Shown piece by piece: positions 14,398 through 28,412 of a stretch of 64,000 nucleotides of DNA. The notes beneath the pieces were generated by a model that did not search any database, was not told the DNA's origin, and worked only from the letters and a program-made list of their open reading frames with translations. A program made the translations under genes and the position numbers. Origin of the DNA: Eledone cirrhosa (Eukaryota); NCBI GenBank assembly GCA_964016885.1, contig OZ024746.1, forward strand, positions 23,932,001 to 23,996,000. Reading direction: 5' to 3'. Each line of letters opens with the position of its first letter. Positions within the stretch are counted from its first letter, which is position 1.

Positions 14398-16316
14398 GCT
14401 AGATGGCTTTTTTACTTTTGTTTTATTTTTCGTTTTATTAATTTTTGTTTGTTTGTTAAATATTATTAAATAGTACCACAGATGCTTTGGTACACCCCTT
14501 CATTGTATGTTCTTGTATCAATACAGTGTACCATAGAAGCTCAGGGACAGCTTATAACTAATTAATATATACACCTGGCTATGCTACTTAGGCTTAACCA
14601 TAGATATTCAATAAAAATGGACAGGCATACAATTTAAATGCATAGGTTTATTATTGCATTTAATCAGTTTATTTAATGTAATATTTTTCATGAGAACATA
14701 AATATACATTCTCCATTTCTTTTTGTTGTATGGCAAAGATTTTCGTCTTTGAAACCTTCTGCGAATTATTGTTTTGTTCTTCGTTATTATGATATATAAA
14801 ATTATAAAACTGTAATAGTCTTCATTTGACTCAATTAATTTTCGGAAACTGCACATATTAGCCAAGTTTAATTTATATCTTATTAAAAAAAAAACTTTGA
14901 GTTTTTCTTCTAAATCCAATGCTTAAAAGAACAACAAACATTGGTGGTCTCTATTTACATCTTTGTTTTCTTCGAACCCCAAGAAAAGAGAAAAATATTT
15001 CAACACAACAGTGACAAGACAAAGAATTTTATTTTTTATGAAATTTTAAAAAGTTCCAATTATTAACTAAATGAAAATATTATGCACGATTTATATTTTA
15101 TTCTTTTCTTATTTTCTATCAAATTTCAAGAATTGAGATGAACGGTATAATTCTTCAAAGGGCTACGTGATATTTTGAGTCTGGAAAGTGGCAATTGTTT
15201 GTGGGGGGGGGGGGGGGGGGGGGGGGAAATGAATACAATACCATTTCCTTTGTTTCAAGATTGATAGCATAACTGTTGCTGTTTAAGTAAAGACTCGATT
15301 CCAATGAGAGAAATGTGAGGTTTATTGGTGTGTGTATTTATAATTTCAAAATGGTAAAGAAAAGGTGAAAATAAATTAATGATATAAATTAAGGAATTCT
15401 TATTTACCAGATATACACATAAATGTGGTGCAGTTTTCTCAAAAACAAAAGGAAAGGAAAAAATTGACTGTAAAAAGCCACATGCAACTTTTCTATTGAA
15501 CCTTGCTCTGGGCTTGAAATATTAAATAACAAAGCCAAAATATTATAAATACAAAGAGTGCAACCTATCTACCTACTGCTGCAATGTATATACAAGTATA
15601 TACAGTACTTTATAAATAAACATATTATTAATGTTAACCTTTTTTAAAGTGGTTAATTACAGAAATATTTATTCATAACTAATTAAATCTGTACAATATG
15701 TACCACATGAAACTGCATTACCAAGATATTCTTGAAAGATACAAAGCAGCACTATAACTAACTATATTATATTAAAACTAAGAATTTGTATTCAAATATT
15801 GCAAATTTTCACAATGATCTGCCCACTAGTAAAGATACTATAAACATTTGAATTAACAAACCACATGAAACCACATTTACAAACATTTTTAAAAAGTAAA
15901 AGAACTCTATAACTATCACATTAAATATTAAAGTCTCTAGTCAAATACTGCAAATTGAACAACAATCTGTCCACTAGTAAAGATACCATAAACATATGAA
16001 TTAACTAACTCCTTTTTAGATATTTTCTGCTAAATCATTACAGGATGTTAAAAGTTAAAACAATTTTCTATAAATAACATTGTCATGACAATGTTATTTA
16101 TAGAAATAACTGGACTACTGTCCGGTGATTGACAGTTTATGGGAGTTATCGCACCAATTCTTAAATTAACTATAATTCTGTATTGAATTCCATTATTAAT
16201 TAGATAATTTTCTAGTATTTAGTGGACATATACTTTATCCAGTGATATGTCAAAGGCTTTGTATTACTAACAACTTACAAGTATATACAGTTTTATTTTA
16301 TAGCATTAGGTATAGT

Positions 16317-16348
<32 letters not shown>

Positions 16349-16902
16349 CATAAATGTGTTTATATAAAAGTATAATAAACATTTATACTAGAACAAAGCA
16401 TATATTTGAAATTTTAAGGTAAACACTTAAGGTAGAGATAGTAACAACTGCTTTTTAATTAGAAGCCTTAGCTGTCAAAAGAATGAACTATGAAGTGTAA
16501 TCACTTTCAACTATTCCTCCATACACAGAATCATAGGGATAGTTATTCTCGGATTGAGGAGACATGAATCTCTGAAATGCAAGCATGAGAATAATCTTGT
16601 TTTTCTGTGTATAATTATTTTTATTAATTATTAATTAATCAATTAAATAATTTTAAAAATTCAATAAATTTCTTGAAGAATCTATTCCACCCTACGAAAA
16701 TGTTTATAATATTCACTTAATTATTATAATAGGATGAATGTATGACAGTCTGAACTAAAACAACTTGAGTGGAGTGTTTTGTGAGTAGAGGTGATGGTGG
16801 TAGTTGGAGGGTAACTGAAATAAGCATTATGATGATAAGTATTACAGATCCAATTGTACATGTGTTCTCTTTGCCACTACTGATAATGTGGCACCAGATA
16901 TA

Positions 16903-17082
16903 CTGTATTTTCCAGGATATAAGATGCATCAGTGTATAAGACGTACTCTTAAGTTGAAGATAAATGTCTGGGGAAAAAAGTTATAGTAATATTGATGATT
17001 TTCATTTGCTGTATAGGACAAAGGCAGATTTGACAGCAAAGTTTTGGGTAAAAAAGGGTATCTTATAAACTGCAAAATACGG
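16903..17082. mobile_element. Tc1/mariner (Tc2/pogo-like) MITE, duplicated at 20202-20381
   Basis: TA|CTGTATTTT...AAAATACGG|TA termini with subterminal tataaga/tcttata repeats. Confidence 0.65.
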
Positions 17083-18105
17083 TACATAACTAAATTCAAC
17101 CTTACATTAAAACTGTTAGGTCTCCACTAATTTCATCTAAAATCTATAAAAAATGATAAATATTTTCATTTTTTTCCATCCTTGTTGTTTTGTTATATAA
17201 ATATTACTATTATTATTATTGATGAATTTGTTTTTTTGTTATTTCTTTTTGAAAGTTTTTTTTCTAATAGTTCTGCTGTATCCCCCAACATTGACCAAAT
17301 GATGTTATTAAACACTGTAGCTTAATTGGTTTATCACTCAATAAAGGTTATTCAAATATTTCCATTGTGTTTAGTCTTTCTTTTACACAAACATATTTTT
17401 TTCTCTTTAACTCTTTTGATGAAACCGTGAATATACTTCTACAGCCTTAGGTTTATATATATATATCACCGTTTAACGTACATTTTTCCATCAGACGAGT
17501 TATCTTGTGAGCAATGCTAGGTCAGGTGACCCTGTCATGCTCATACAGAACTGATTTGGACTTAATTTCAACAGTTGGATGCCCTTCCTAGCACCAACCT
17601 TATTTACAGTGAGTACTGGGTACTTTTTGTCGTGTCACCTCCACTACCACTTTACAGTGTGGACTAATCATAACATCCACTGATTTTAATCTCGTTTACA
17701 ATTTGCTCAGAATGGGACAAGCTGTTTAACTGATGCAAGTCTGGAAAATAGATGTAAAACAGTGATGATTTTATATATATAATCATTGCTTTTTATATCC
17801 ATTTTTCCATGCTTGCGTGGGTTAGATGGGTCCTTTTCAGCACAGCATTTCCCCACATGTTGCAACCCTTTGTCATCACTGAGTTTGTGATTTGAAATCG
17901 CTCTCACCATCTCTGCACATGTCTTTCTTGGCTTTCCTCCCACTTACCAACAATAAATATATTTTTTGATGATGGCCACAAATATAGTGATAATGCTTAT
18001 GATGGTGTTGCTGATGATTTTAATTATAACGATAACAACACAAAGGCTGAATTAAAAAAAAACAATTCTAAAAACTTTATTTCAATGCAGACATGAATAT
18101 CTTAC

Positions 18106-18206
18106 TTAACGTTTTTGATAATGTACATTATTTTTCAAAAATTTGTATTGAGGTCGGTATGCTGGTTTTCCATCCAGTCCAAGTGGAGCCAAGCTTCGAA
18201 GCAAAC
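18106..18206 (-). other. MRPS18A: Duplicate copy of MRPS18A terminal exon 5 (with acceptor and polyA signal) inside tandem duplication
   Basis: Same sequence as 21405-21505 at an offset of 3299 bp. Confidence 0.85.
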
Positions 18207-19615
18207 CTGTGTAAAAGAAATGAGAAATTCCTATAGAGTATGACCACCTCTTCCTAGCACCAACCTTATTTACAGTGAGTACTGTGTACTTGTCGTCGTG
18301 TGGACTAATCATAACAATAATAAGGATATCCAGTGATTTCAATCTCGTTTACAGAGCCTCTACCTTCCCATCTGCGCCCTCAAGATGATGAAGACATACA
18401 TCAATCTAGCAAGACCAACACCTCAACATTTTAAATACAGACAGAACATTAATGTAAGATGGAGCAAAAGAGTTGTGATCGCTTTCACTTATATCATTTG
18501 TTATATATTGTTTGTGGGGGGGGGGAAATGAATACAATACCATTTCCTTTGTTTCAAGATTGATAGCATAACTGTTGCTGTTTAAGTAAAGACTCGATTC
18601 CAATGAGAGAAATGTGAGGTTTATTGGTGTGTGTATTTATAATTTCAAAATGGTAAAGAAAAGGTGAAAATAAATTAATGATATAAATTAAGGAATTCTT
18701 ATTTACCAGATATACACATAAATGTGGTGCAGTTTTCTCAAAAACAAAAGGAAAGGAAAAAATTGACTGTAAAAAGCCACATGCAACTTTTCTATTGAAC
18801 CTTGCTCTGGGCTTGAAATATTAAATAACAAAGCCAAAATATTATAAATACAAAGAGTGCAACCTATCTACCTACTGCTGCAATGTATATACAAGTATAT
18901 ACAGTACTTTATAAATAAACATATTATTAATGTTAACCTTTTTTAAAGTGGTTAATTACAGAAATATTTATTCATAACTAATTAAATCTGTACAATATGT
19001 ACCACATGAAACTGCATTACCAAGATATTCTTGAAAGATACAAAGCAGCACTATAACTAACTATATTATATTAAAACTAAGAATTTGTATTCAAATATTG
19101 CAAATTTTCACAATGATCTGCCCACTAGTAAAGATACTATAAACATTTGAATTAACAAACCACATGAAACCACATTTACAAACATTTTTAAAAAGTAAAA
19201 GAACTCTATAACTATCACATTAAATATTAAAGTCTCTAGTCAAATACTGCAAATTGAACAACAATCTGTCCACTAGTAAAGATACCATAAACATATGAAT
19301 TAACTAACTCCTTTTTAGATATTTTCTGCTAAATCATTACAGGATGTTAAAAGTTAAAACAATTTTCTATAAATAACATTGTCATGACAATGTTATTTAT
19401 AGAAATAACTGGACTACTGTCCGGTGATTGACAGTTTATGGGAGTTATCGCACCAATTCTTAAATTAACTATAATTCTGTATTGAATTCCATTATTAATT
19501 AGATAATTTTCTAGTATTTAGTGGACATATACTTTATCCAGTGATATGTCAAAGGCTTTGTATTACTAACAACTTACAAGTATATACAGTTTTATTTTAT
19601 AGCATTAGGTATAGT

Positions 19616-19647
<32 letters not shown>

Positions 19648-21404
19648 CATAAATGTGTTTATATAAAAGTATAATAAACATTTATACTAGAACAAAGCAT
19701 ATATTTGAAATTTTAAGGTAAACACTTAAGGTAGAGATAGTAACAACTGCTTTTTAATTAGAAGCCTTAGCTGTCAAAAGAATGAACTATGAAGTGTAAT
19801 CACTTTCAACTATTCCTCCATACACAGAATCATAGGGATAGTTATTCTCGGATTGAGGAGACATGAATCTCTGAAATGCAAGCATGAGAATAATCTTGTT
19901 TTTCTGTGTATAATTATTTTTATTAATTATTAATTAATCAATTAAATAATTTTAAAAATTCAATAAATTTCTTGAAGAATCTATTCCACCCTACGAAAAT
20001 GTTTATAATATTCACTTAATTATTATAATAGGATGAATGTATGACAGTCTGAACTAAAACAACTTGAGTGGAGTGTTTTGTGAGTAGAGGTGATGGTGGT
20101 AGTTGGAGGGTAACTGAAATAAGCATTATGATGATAAGTATTACAGATCCAATTGTACATGTGTTCTCTTTGCCACTACTGATAATGTGGCACCAGATAT
20201 ACTGTATTTTCCAGGATATAAGATGCATCAGTGTATAAGACGTACTCTTAAGTTGAAGATAAATGTCTGGGGAAAAAAGTTATAGTAATATTGATGATTT
20301 TCATTTGCTGTATAGGACAAAGGCAGATTTGACAGCAAAGTTTTGGGTAAAAAAGGGTATCTTATAAACTGCAAAATACGGTACATAACTAAATTCAACC
20401 TTACATTAAAACTGTTAGGTCTCCACTAATTTCATCTAAAATCTATAAAAAATGATAAATATTTTCATTTTTTTCCATCCTTGTTGTTTTGTTATATAAA
20501 TATTACTATTATTATTATTGATGAATTTGTTTTTTTGTTATTTCTTTTTGAAAGTTTTTTTTCTAATAGTTCTGCTGTATCCCCCAACATTGACCAAATG
20601 ATGTTATTAAACACTGTAGCTTAATTGGTTTATCACTCAATAAAGGTTATTCAAATATTTCCATTGTGTTTAGTCTTTCTTTTACACAAACATATTTTTT
20701 TCTCTTTAACTCTTTTGATGAAACCGTGAATATACTTCTACAGCCTTAGGTTTATATATATATATCACCGTTTAACGTACATTTTTCCATCAGACGAGTT
20801 ATCTTGTGAGCAATGCTAGGTCAGGTGACCCTGTCATGCTCATACAGAACTGATTTGGACTTAATTTCAACAGTTGGATGCCCTTCCTAGCACCAACCTT
20901 ATTTACAGTGAGTACTGGGTACTTTTTGTCGTGTCACCTCCACTACCACTTTACAGTGTGGACTAATCATAACATCCACTGATTTTAATCTCGTTTACAA
21001 TTTGCTCAGAATGGGACAAGCTGTTTAACTGATGCAAGTCTGGAAAATAGATGTAAAACAGTGATGATTTTATATATATAATCATTGCTTTTTATATCCA
21101 TTTTTCCATGCTTGCGTGGGTTAGATGGGTCCTTTTCAGCACAGCATTTCCCCACATGTTGCAACCCTTTGTCATCACTGAGTTTGTGATTTGAAATCGC
21201 TCTCACCATCTCTGCACATGTCTTTCTTGGCTTTCCTCCCACTTACCAACAATAAATATATTTTTTGATGATGGCCACAAATATAGTGATAATGCTTATG
21301 ATGGTGTTGCTGATGATTTTAATTATAACGATAACAACACAAAGGCTGAATTAAAAAAAAACAATTCTAAAAACTTTATTTCAATGCAGACATGAATATC
21401 TTAC

Positions 21405-21505
21405 TTAACGTTTTTGATAATGTACATTATTTTTCAAAAATTTGTATTGAGGTCGGTATGCTGGTTTTCCATCCAGTCCAAGTGGAGCCAAGCTTCGAAG
21501 CAAAC
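21405..21505 (-). CDS. MRPS18A: MRPS18A terminal exon 5 (GLLRSLAPLGLDGKPAYRPQYKFLKNNVHYQKR*)
   Basis: cacag acceptor completes the RAG-LL motif in phase, ending in TAA. AATAAA on the minus strand at 21375-21380. Total CDS 501 nt = 166 aa + stop. Confidence 0.85.
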
Positions 21506-21859
21506 CTGTGTAAAAGAAATGAGAAATTCCTATAGAGTATGACCACCTCTTCCTAGCACCAACCTTATTTACAGTGAGTACTGTGTACTTGTCGTCGTGT
21601 GGACTAATCATAACAATAATAAGGATATCCAGTGATTTCAATCTCGTTTACAGAGCCTCTACCTTCCCATCTGCGCCCTCAAGATGATGAAGACATACAT
21701 CAATCTAGCAAGACCAACACCTCAACATTTTAAATACAGACAGAACATTAATGTAAGATGGAGCAAAAGAGTTGTGATCGCTTTCACTTATATCATTTTC
21801 AGAAAGAATACTAAGACAGTCTATTCTAAGTTTTAATGATTTGTCCAATATATATATAT

Positions 21860-21971
21860 ATGAAAAATTTCAGGACCCTGATGGCTGAGCTCCGGCCATT
21901 TCAACAGCTAGATCATAACACTGCTGTTGAAACGGTCAGAGCTCAGCAGTCGGGGTCCTGAATTTTTTCAT
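21860..21971. mobile_element. Short palindromic MITE
   Basis: atgaaaaatttcaggaccctgatggctgagctc...gagctcagcagtcggggtcctgaattttttcat; one arm recurs at 55991-56040. Confidence 0.7.
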
Positions 21972-23482
21972 ATTACCCACTCTACTACCCCAAGAATCAA
22001 GTACTCTGGTAAGTAATGGTCTAACTGGTTTTTACCACCTTTAATCTGATATATATTCAGTTCTCAACAGTAGCATACGCAGATAATTAAGTATCACTGC
22101 GTTTAACACCAACTCATTGAGTCTGCAAATGGTATTGCAATCATAGTATTGTTTTGTTTTGGTAATGCAGTTCTATGTGATACAGAGGACGTTAAGAGTT
22201 AGATTGACTCCAGTACTTGACTGGTACTTCTTATTTGACTGATGAAAATCAATCAAGGTAAGATTTGAACTCAGAATATAAAGTCATGCAACTAAATACT
22301 AAAAAGAACTTTTCCTGTTGCTCTTCCATTCTGAGACATCTTGTGTATGAAAAACCAAAGTTAAGCAGCTGCTAAATATAATGTAGGGAACCAAAAATTA
22401 ATTAATTACAATTACATTCTCGCTGATGAGAGAGAGAATGAAAAAAAATATTAGCTTAATTATCATCATCATCATTTTACGTCCGCTTTTCCCTGCTTGC
22501 AAGGGTGGGACGGGAACTGATTCTGGCTTGGAAGCAAGGGAGACAATTCAAAATTTAAATTGAATGGTATACAAAGGAGAGAGTATGATTTTGGGAAAAT
22601 AGAGTGACAATTCCAGGCACATTTCAGCTTTATTAGACCTTCTTAGCGAAGTATAGTCTTTATCTGTACTTTGCCAGGCTCTAAATCATTGAGAGATATA
22701 AACATTTTTGGATGTGACCACTAAGAATGTCCAGAGTTATAACAGTACTTGACAAAAATCAGATTCACTCCCTACAGCATACACACCTTCAATTTCTAAT
22801 ATATCTTAATTCCTCACTACATTGTTTATATTACCAGTGACTAAGCTGTTTACTATTTGCCAAAGTCCAACTAGCTGTTAGTAGGATTCAACACTAGTCC
22901 ATTTAGTGCATTAGCACTAACTTAAGTATTTATTCTACAGCCCTCGGTCCACATAGTAAGTGTGATAGCAATGACTTAAGTAAATATTTCATGTGCCACT
23001 GTCCTGTTAGCAGGAACCAGCAACAGAACAGTAAGTGTGATAGTACTGACTTAAGTAAATATTTCATATGCCACTGTCCACTGAGCTGTTAGCAGGAGAC
23101 AACAAAACATCTGGAATGTTAACTGCAATAAAATACAACCCTATCTGGTAGGATATTTGTCTCTTCTGCTTAATACTAGAGAAACACGAATAGAAAAAAA
23201 AAATGGAAGTTTGAAAATGGATTAATAGGTCTTGTTTTTAAATAAAAATCAATGTCAATATAATGTGGCTGGTGTTAGGAAGGACATCCAGCTGAAAAAA
23301 CCAAGCCAACATACAGATCCATATGAGCAAGACATGGTCACCTGACTTGAATTGTCTCATAACATGACAACCTGTCTAACCCATACAAGCGTGGAAAATA
23401 GATGTTAAGTGATGATGATGATGATGATGTTTCTGAAAATAAAGTCAAACATTATGAGTTAAAAGAGAAGTTTTTATGTTAC

Positions 23483-23606
23483 CTGCTCTGGTTGCAAGGT
23501 TGACAAGTAGGTCCATGTGTTCATGTTGATGATTACATAAGTTGGTCACATGTTGAGGTAACAACTTGCCATTAGCATCAACAAACTGACTAACAATCAG
23601 GATATC
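23483..23606 (-). CDS. MRPS18A: MRPS18A exon 4 (DILIVSQFVDANGKLLPQHVTNLCNHQHEHMDLLVNLATRAG)
   Basis: S18 core 'D.L..SQF....G..LP...T.LC...H......A.RAGLL'; cctag acceptor and G|GTAA donor. Confidence 0.9.
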
Positions 23607-24515
23607 CTAGGAAGAGGAAGAAATGGAAGAATATGTTTACTAATTAATAGAATGGGGTAAATGGGGTGATAAATATACATAAATCATATCAAGGGATTAA
23701 TTCAAATATTGGTTTCCAACACTGGCTCAAGGCCACAAATTTATGGGGAGGGGGATGATATCTTGAATGAAAAGAAATACTATAGAATAATTGTTTCTTC
23801 TTTTGGCACAAGGCCAGCAATTACCCCAGTTTATCGGCCTCGTAGGGATGAAAGGCAAAGTTAACCTCAGCGGGATTTGAACTCAGACCATAAAGGGACG
23901 TAACTCTATGCTGCAAAGCATGGTGTCTGATGCTCTACCGATGCTGCCAATCCAGAATAATGAGGACACTATAGCCTTTGTAGAGGCACATGACTACCTC
24001 ACTGGTACTGATGCCAAGATAAAATACACCTAGTACACTCTGTAAGGTGGTTGGCAAATGAGAGGACACAACATAGGGTTGAGGAAACTGTCTGGTTGTG
24101 CTGACAACATGATAACTCGCTAGTGTTAGCACCATAATAAAATGCCCCCCAGTACACCGTAAAATTGTTGGTGTTAGGAAAGGCAACCTCACCATGACCT
24201 TCTAATTTGTCTATGAGGGTAATAACACTGAATAAAGACTGGTTTGGACTATGATAACCCATCCAACCCACACCATTATAGAAAGTGGATGTAATGTGAT
24301 GAGGCTGATAATAATGATGATGGTGGTTACAGTCGATTAAATCTACCCCAGTATTTTACTGGTACATCATTTTATTGAACTGAGGAAGAGGAGGGAGAGT
24401 TGACCCCAAAAGTAACCGATAAAATATTGAGATGCTGAAACAAAATATGAAGGGCCAAATAATATTCGAGGATAACTCGTTAATCAAAGTAGTTAATGAT
24501 GACATAAATACACAC

Positions 24516-24629
24516 ATTATATTTCACTTTGAGGTTGAGTCGACAGAGAGGACAGGCACTCGGTTTACTGAAGTATTTATCAGGTATGATTGTATGCTTT
24601 CGAGGTGAAGGTATATTAACTCCCTCAAT
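24516..24629 (-). CDS. MRPS18A: MRPS18A exon 3 (IEGVNIPSPRKHTIIPDKYFSKPSACPLCRLNLKVKYN)
   Basis: tttcag acceptor and GTGTGT donor, 114 nt. Contains the CPxC zinc-ligand motif of the ribosomal S18 family. Confidence 0.88.
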
Positions 24630-24712
24630 CTGAAACAAAGAAAGATTATCAAATAGTTAACTTACACAGTAATATCAATTATACCTGACATAACAGTAAT
24701 ATCATAAATATA

Positions 24713-24912
24713 CAAGGGTAGGCTGAAAAGTTCATAGGCTGGCTATGAAGGAGTGATGCTAGAGCTGTGAAATCTTGCATGCATTAATTTCAATTCTGCT
24801 TATTAATAACTACATTGTTTCTTTCCAGGGTCTATGTAGAAAAATAAACCTCATTTAGTCATTCCATAAGAGTATCTTGGTCAGCCTATAAACATTTCCG
24901 CCATTTCTCATA
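24713..24912. mobile_element. Tc1/mariner-type MITE
   Basis: TA-CAAGGGTAGGCTGAAAAGTTCATAGGC terminus with a degenerate inverse end. A second copy in opposite orientation lies at ~54200-54400. Confidence 0.7.
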
Positions 24913-25686
24913 TATTACAGTAATACCAGTTATATCTTACACAGTTAAGACGCAGTTGTATCTTCATAACAGTAATACAAGAGTTACTGTATATACTCAT
25001 TTATAAGCTGAGAAATATGTGACCAAAAAAAAAAAAAAAATCAATGGCAAAAAGGTGGGGGACGAGGGTGACTTATATCCAAGGGCAGTTTGCCAATTTT
25101 CACCACATTCAAAATTCTATGTAAATGAAGTATTAAAATGTTTGCTCTATATTACACCAGTTTTACTTTTGGAGGCAAAGTTTGTATTTGATATGATATG
25201 CTTTGAATGAATATGGCCTTCAAAACGGTTGGGAATTGGTAAAAAAAAATCATCATTTAATGGGGTGGTGAATTATAAAATATATAAAGATACTTAGAAC
25301 ATTTTAAACATCAAAATATTAAAACTTCATAAATATATTCTCCACTCATAAGAATTTCAAAACCACAGCATCTAAACAATATGTTGATTACTTGCCTCAA
25401 CTTATAAACAGGATTTTAATTTTTGCCTATTTCTCAGACATAAAATAGTGGGTTGACTTATATTCAAGTATATACAGTATATCTTAAATAACATTAATAC
25501 CACAGTTATATCTTGCACAACAACAATACCAGTTATATCTTACACAACAATAATACCACAGTTATATCTTACACAACAATAATACCAGTTATATCTTACA
25601 TACTGTCATGTATATAATATATACAAGGATTAAAAGAGTTAAATAGATAAAGTGCAATAAATAACAACGGTGTTAACCAAACTTAC

Positions 25687-25718
25687 AGTTGTTACATTGC
25701 CTTCTGTTTTCTTAATAA
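25687..25718 (-). CDS. MRPS18A: MRPS18A exon 2 (32-nt micro-exon, IIKKTEGNVTT)
   Basis: tttcag acceptor and GTAAGT donor. Restores frame between exons 1 and 3; resembles the 'VVETQEGKTTI' segment of mL66 (recalled). Confidence 0.8.
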
Positions 25719-27204
25719 CTGAAATCAGAACAAAAACAATGAGATGTGAGAAATATTACAAATAAATTATCTAAAATACATTTATGATATTGTTGTATTT
25801 TGGGAGGGTCATACTGCCATTCAAAACAGTGTACATGTTAGAATGACCAACCCATAATACTACTATATTGGCTTACAACACACAAGTTCACATTAAGAAT
25901 CTTGTAAAATAAATACAAAAATGAGGTTTGTATTTATATAATGGTTTCTGATTTAGGCACAAGGCCAACAATTTTAGGGGAGGAGAAAGTCGATTAAATC
26001 TACCCCAGTAGGTTACTGGTACTTTATTTTATCAACCTCGTAAGGATGAAAGGCAAAGCTAACCACGACGAGATTTGAAGCCAGAAGGTAAAGAGCCATA
26101 ACTCTATGCTGCAAAGCATGTTGTCCAACGCTCTACTGACTACTGCCCATCTCTCACCACATTATAATTTACATTATGACAAAAAGAAAAAAGGAAAATA
26201 AAAATAAAAAGAGAGAGAAATAAATGTGGTGGAGGGTCAATCTGTAGATCCTAGGCTGGACACTACATCACTGCAGTACCCCTATAGTGAAAGTATTGCC
26301 GTAGAAAACAGCTAGTGATACCAGTTGCATCCGCCATTCCATCTCATGGAGTTCCTTCCTCAAGCATGACACCCTTGTTCCAATTTTGGGGGAAGAAAGC
26401 AATAATCCAATCCAAGGATCATGGACTGAGGACACAGGTCTCCATGGCAACCAACATAAAAAGGAAACAGTTAGTCAATGCTTTGGTTTAGCACAAAACA
26501 ACTTTTTCTATGACAAAAATTGTCTACACAAAAGCTTTCTTCAGATTGAAATTTCATCATCCCCAGCATCACATCAGATGATGGCAAGGGCTAGAGAAGA
26601 CATTTTTGGGGCAATACTCCATACTCAGATGTCCTTCTTGATGTTAACCTTTATTTGTTTTTAAATATATTACTGATCTTCATATGTGAAACCAAGCTGT
26701 GTGGTATAAACAAATGACACTGTCGACCCGAGCAGTGTCAATATGAAGCGAAGACAGCTACTTTACAAGTTGGACTGGGTGCTTTTTATCATAGCACTAG
26801 TACAACCACTTTACAAGGTGGACGGGATGCTTTTTCATGACACTGATTCTATACATATAGTTATGGGTTAAGATAAAAGTAGAAAACTCATCCTATGTTA
26901 CCTTATAACTCCATAACTACATGGTATCTATAATTCTCAGTATCGTTATTTTTCAGGATGCTTTTTTTATTGATTCGATGATAGATGTTCCTTCATGATC
27001 TCAGAGGACAGTGAGGGGGATGTACCGAAATAGTTCACTCCAACTCACTGGAGCTCTTTCAATTATAAATTGAAGCAACAAATGCATCATATTACGTTAA
27101 TCAATTGGTTGTCAAATAGGAGACACTTGATTCCCAAGGGGAAGAATTTTAGCCAAGAGAGGAATTGATAAGAAATGTTAGTCAGGAGAAATCCAATTTG
27201 ATTA

Positions 27205-27492
27205 AGAATAGTGTACATTGTGCGTATATCAAATGGAATACCAATATATCCAACTATTGTGTATATATCAAATGAAATACAAATACACCAAACTATAGTG
27301 TACAGTGTGTATATATATCAAATGGAATACCAATATATCCAGCTATAGTGTAGATTGTATATATATCAAATGAAATACAAATAGATCAAACTATAATGTA
27401 TAGTATGAATATATCAAATGAAATACCAATATACCCAGCTATAGTGTACATTGTATATATACCAAATCGAATACCAATATACCCAACTATAA
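27205..27492. repeat. ~40-45-bp minisatellite (tatatcaaatggaataccaatatatccaactatagtgtac)
   Basis: About six diverged units. Confidence 0.8.
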
Positions 27493-28412
27493 AAGCGATC
27501 ACAATTTAGCTGTCACGAAAAAATTAAAATGTATATGTGTATGTTTTAAATAATTAACATTGTAAAAGAATAATTGTTTCTACTTTTGGCACAAGGCCAG
27601 CAATTACCCAGTACATTACTGGTACTTTATTTTATCGACCTCGTAAGGATGAAAGGTAAAGTTAACCTCGGCGGGATTTGAACTCAGAATGGCAAGGGCC
27701 ATAACTCTATGCGTCAAAGCATGGCGTTCGACCCCCTACCGATACTGCCAATCCACCGCAAAGAATAATGGTGAGAGATTACTGGATGCCAACTCCGAAT
27801 GGGGGGGGGGGGATCTGGGTCCCAGAAAACCACTGCGTTGATCCTGTCTTTTTCAAGGGCATTACTGAAGTAATAACTTGATAAAACAGGATCTCGGATT
27901 CCGAACACTGGGAGGAAATTACCTTTACTTTATCACAGTTTGTGTAGTGATACTAACGAAAAAGGACATCGTTCGGTGTGGTACTTTCTCACATATTATT
28001 ATTTTAATGAGAATTTCGACAAAATCGTTTTTCTAGTACCAGTAAAGAATCAGAATGCTTCTGTTGTCTTTTAAACAGAACTCGCACGAAAAGGTGTATC
28101 GTTGACAATCGTTTGAAGAAAATGAAAAAAATCTTATCGGATTCACCGGATTTATTTCGTATACACTACTCACGTGAAATTAATAGAATGAGATACTTAA
28201 ATTTTCTTGAAATGAGATCTATTGTCAATAATACCCACCAAAATTTATAAAATCCTATCAGAGTTATAAAAGTAAAAGGTGTCGTAATAAACGTAAAGGA
28301 AGAAATGTGTCTTTGGAAACTTTAGCTTCCGCGAAACATGAAGACTGCTATGTAGATACAGTTAATAGTACATACAATACTGTATAGAAAATGAGACAAA
28401 AAGAATGCTTAC

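Larger units (their letters stand above)
15194..21798. repeat. ~3.3-kb tandem duplication (copy A 15194-18499, filler 18500-18506, copy B 18507-21798)
   Basis: Identical ORFs at a 3299-bp offset (16717/20016, 17707/21006, 18106/21405). The only difference noticed by eye is the poly-G length (24 vs 10). Confidence 0.95.

Noticed and set aside
22610-22650. Very degenerate hammerhead-like traces (also ~16500-16555, ~32310-32350, ~34255-34300, ~51695-51740, ~57800-57850)
   Set aside because: Catalytic core has substitutions or is truncated; cannot be supported without a family consensus.
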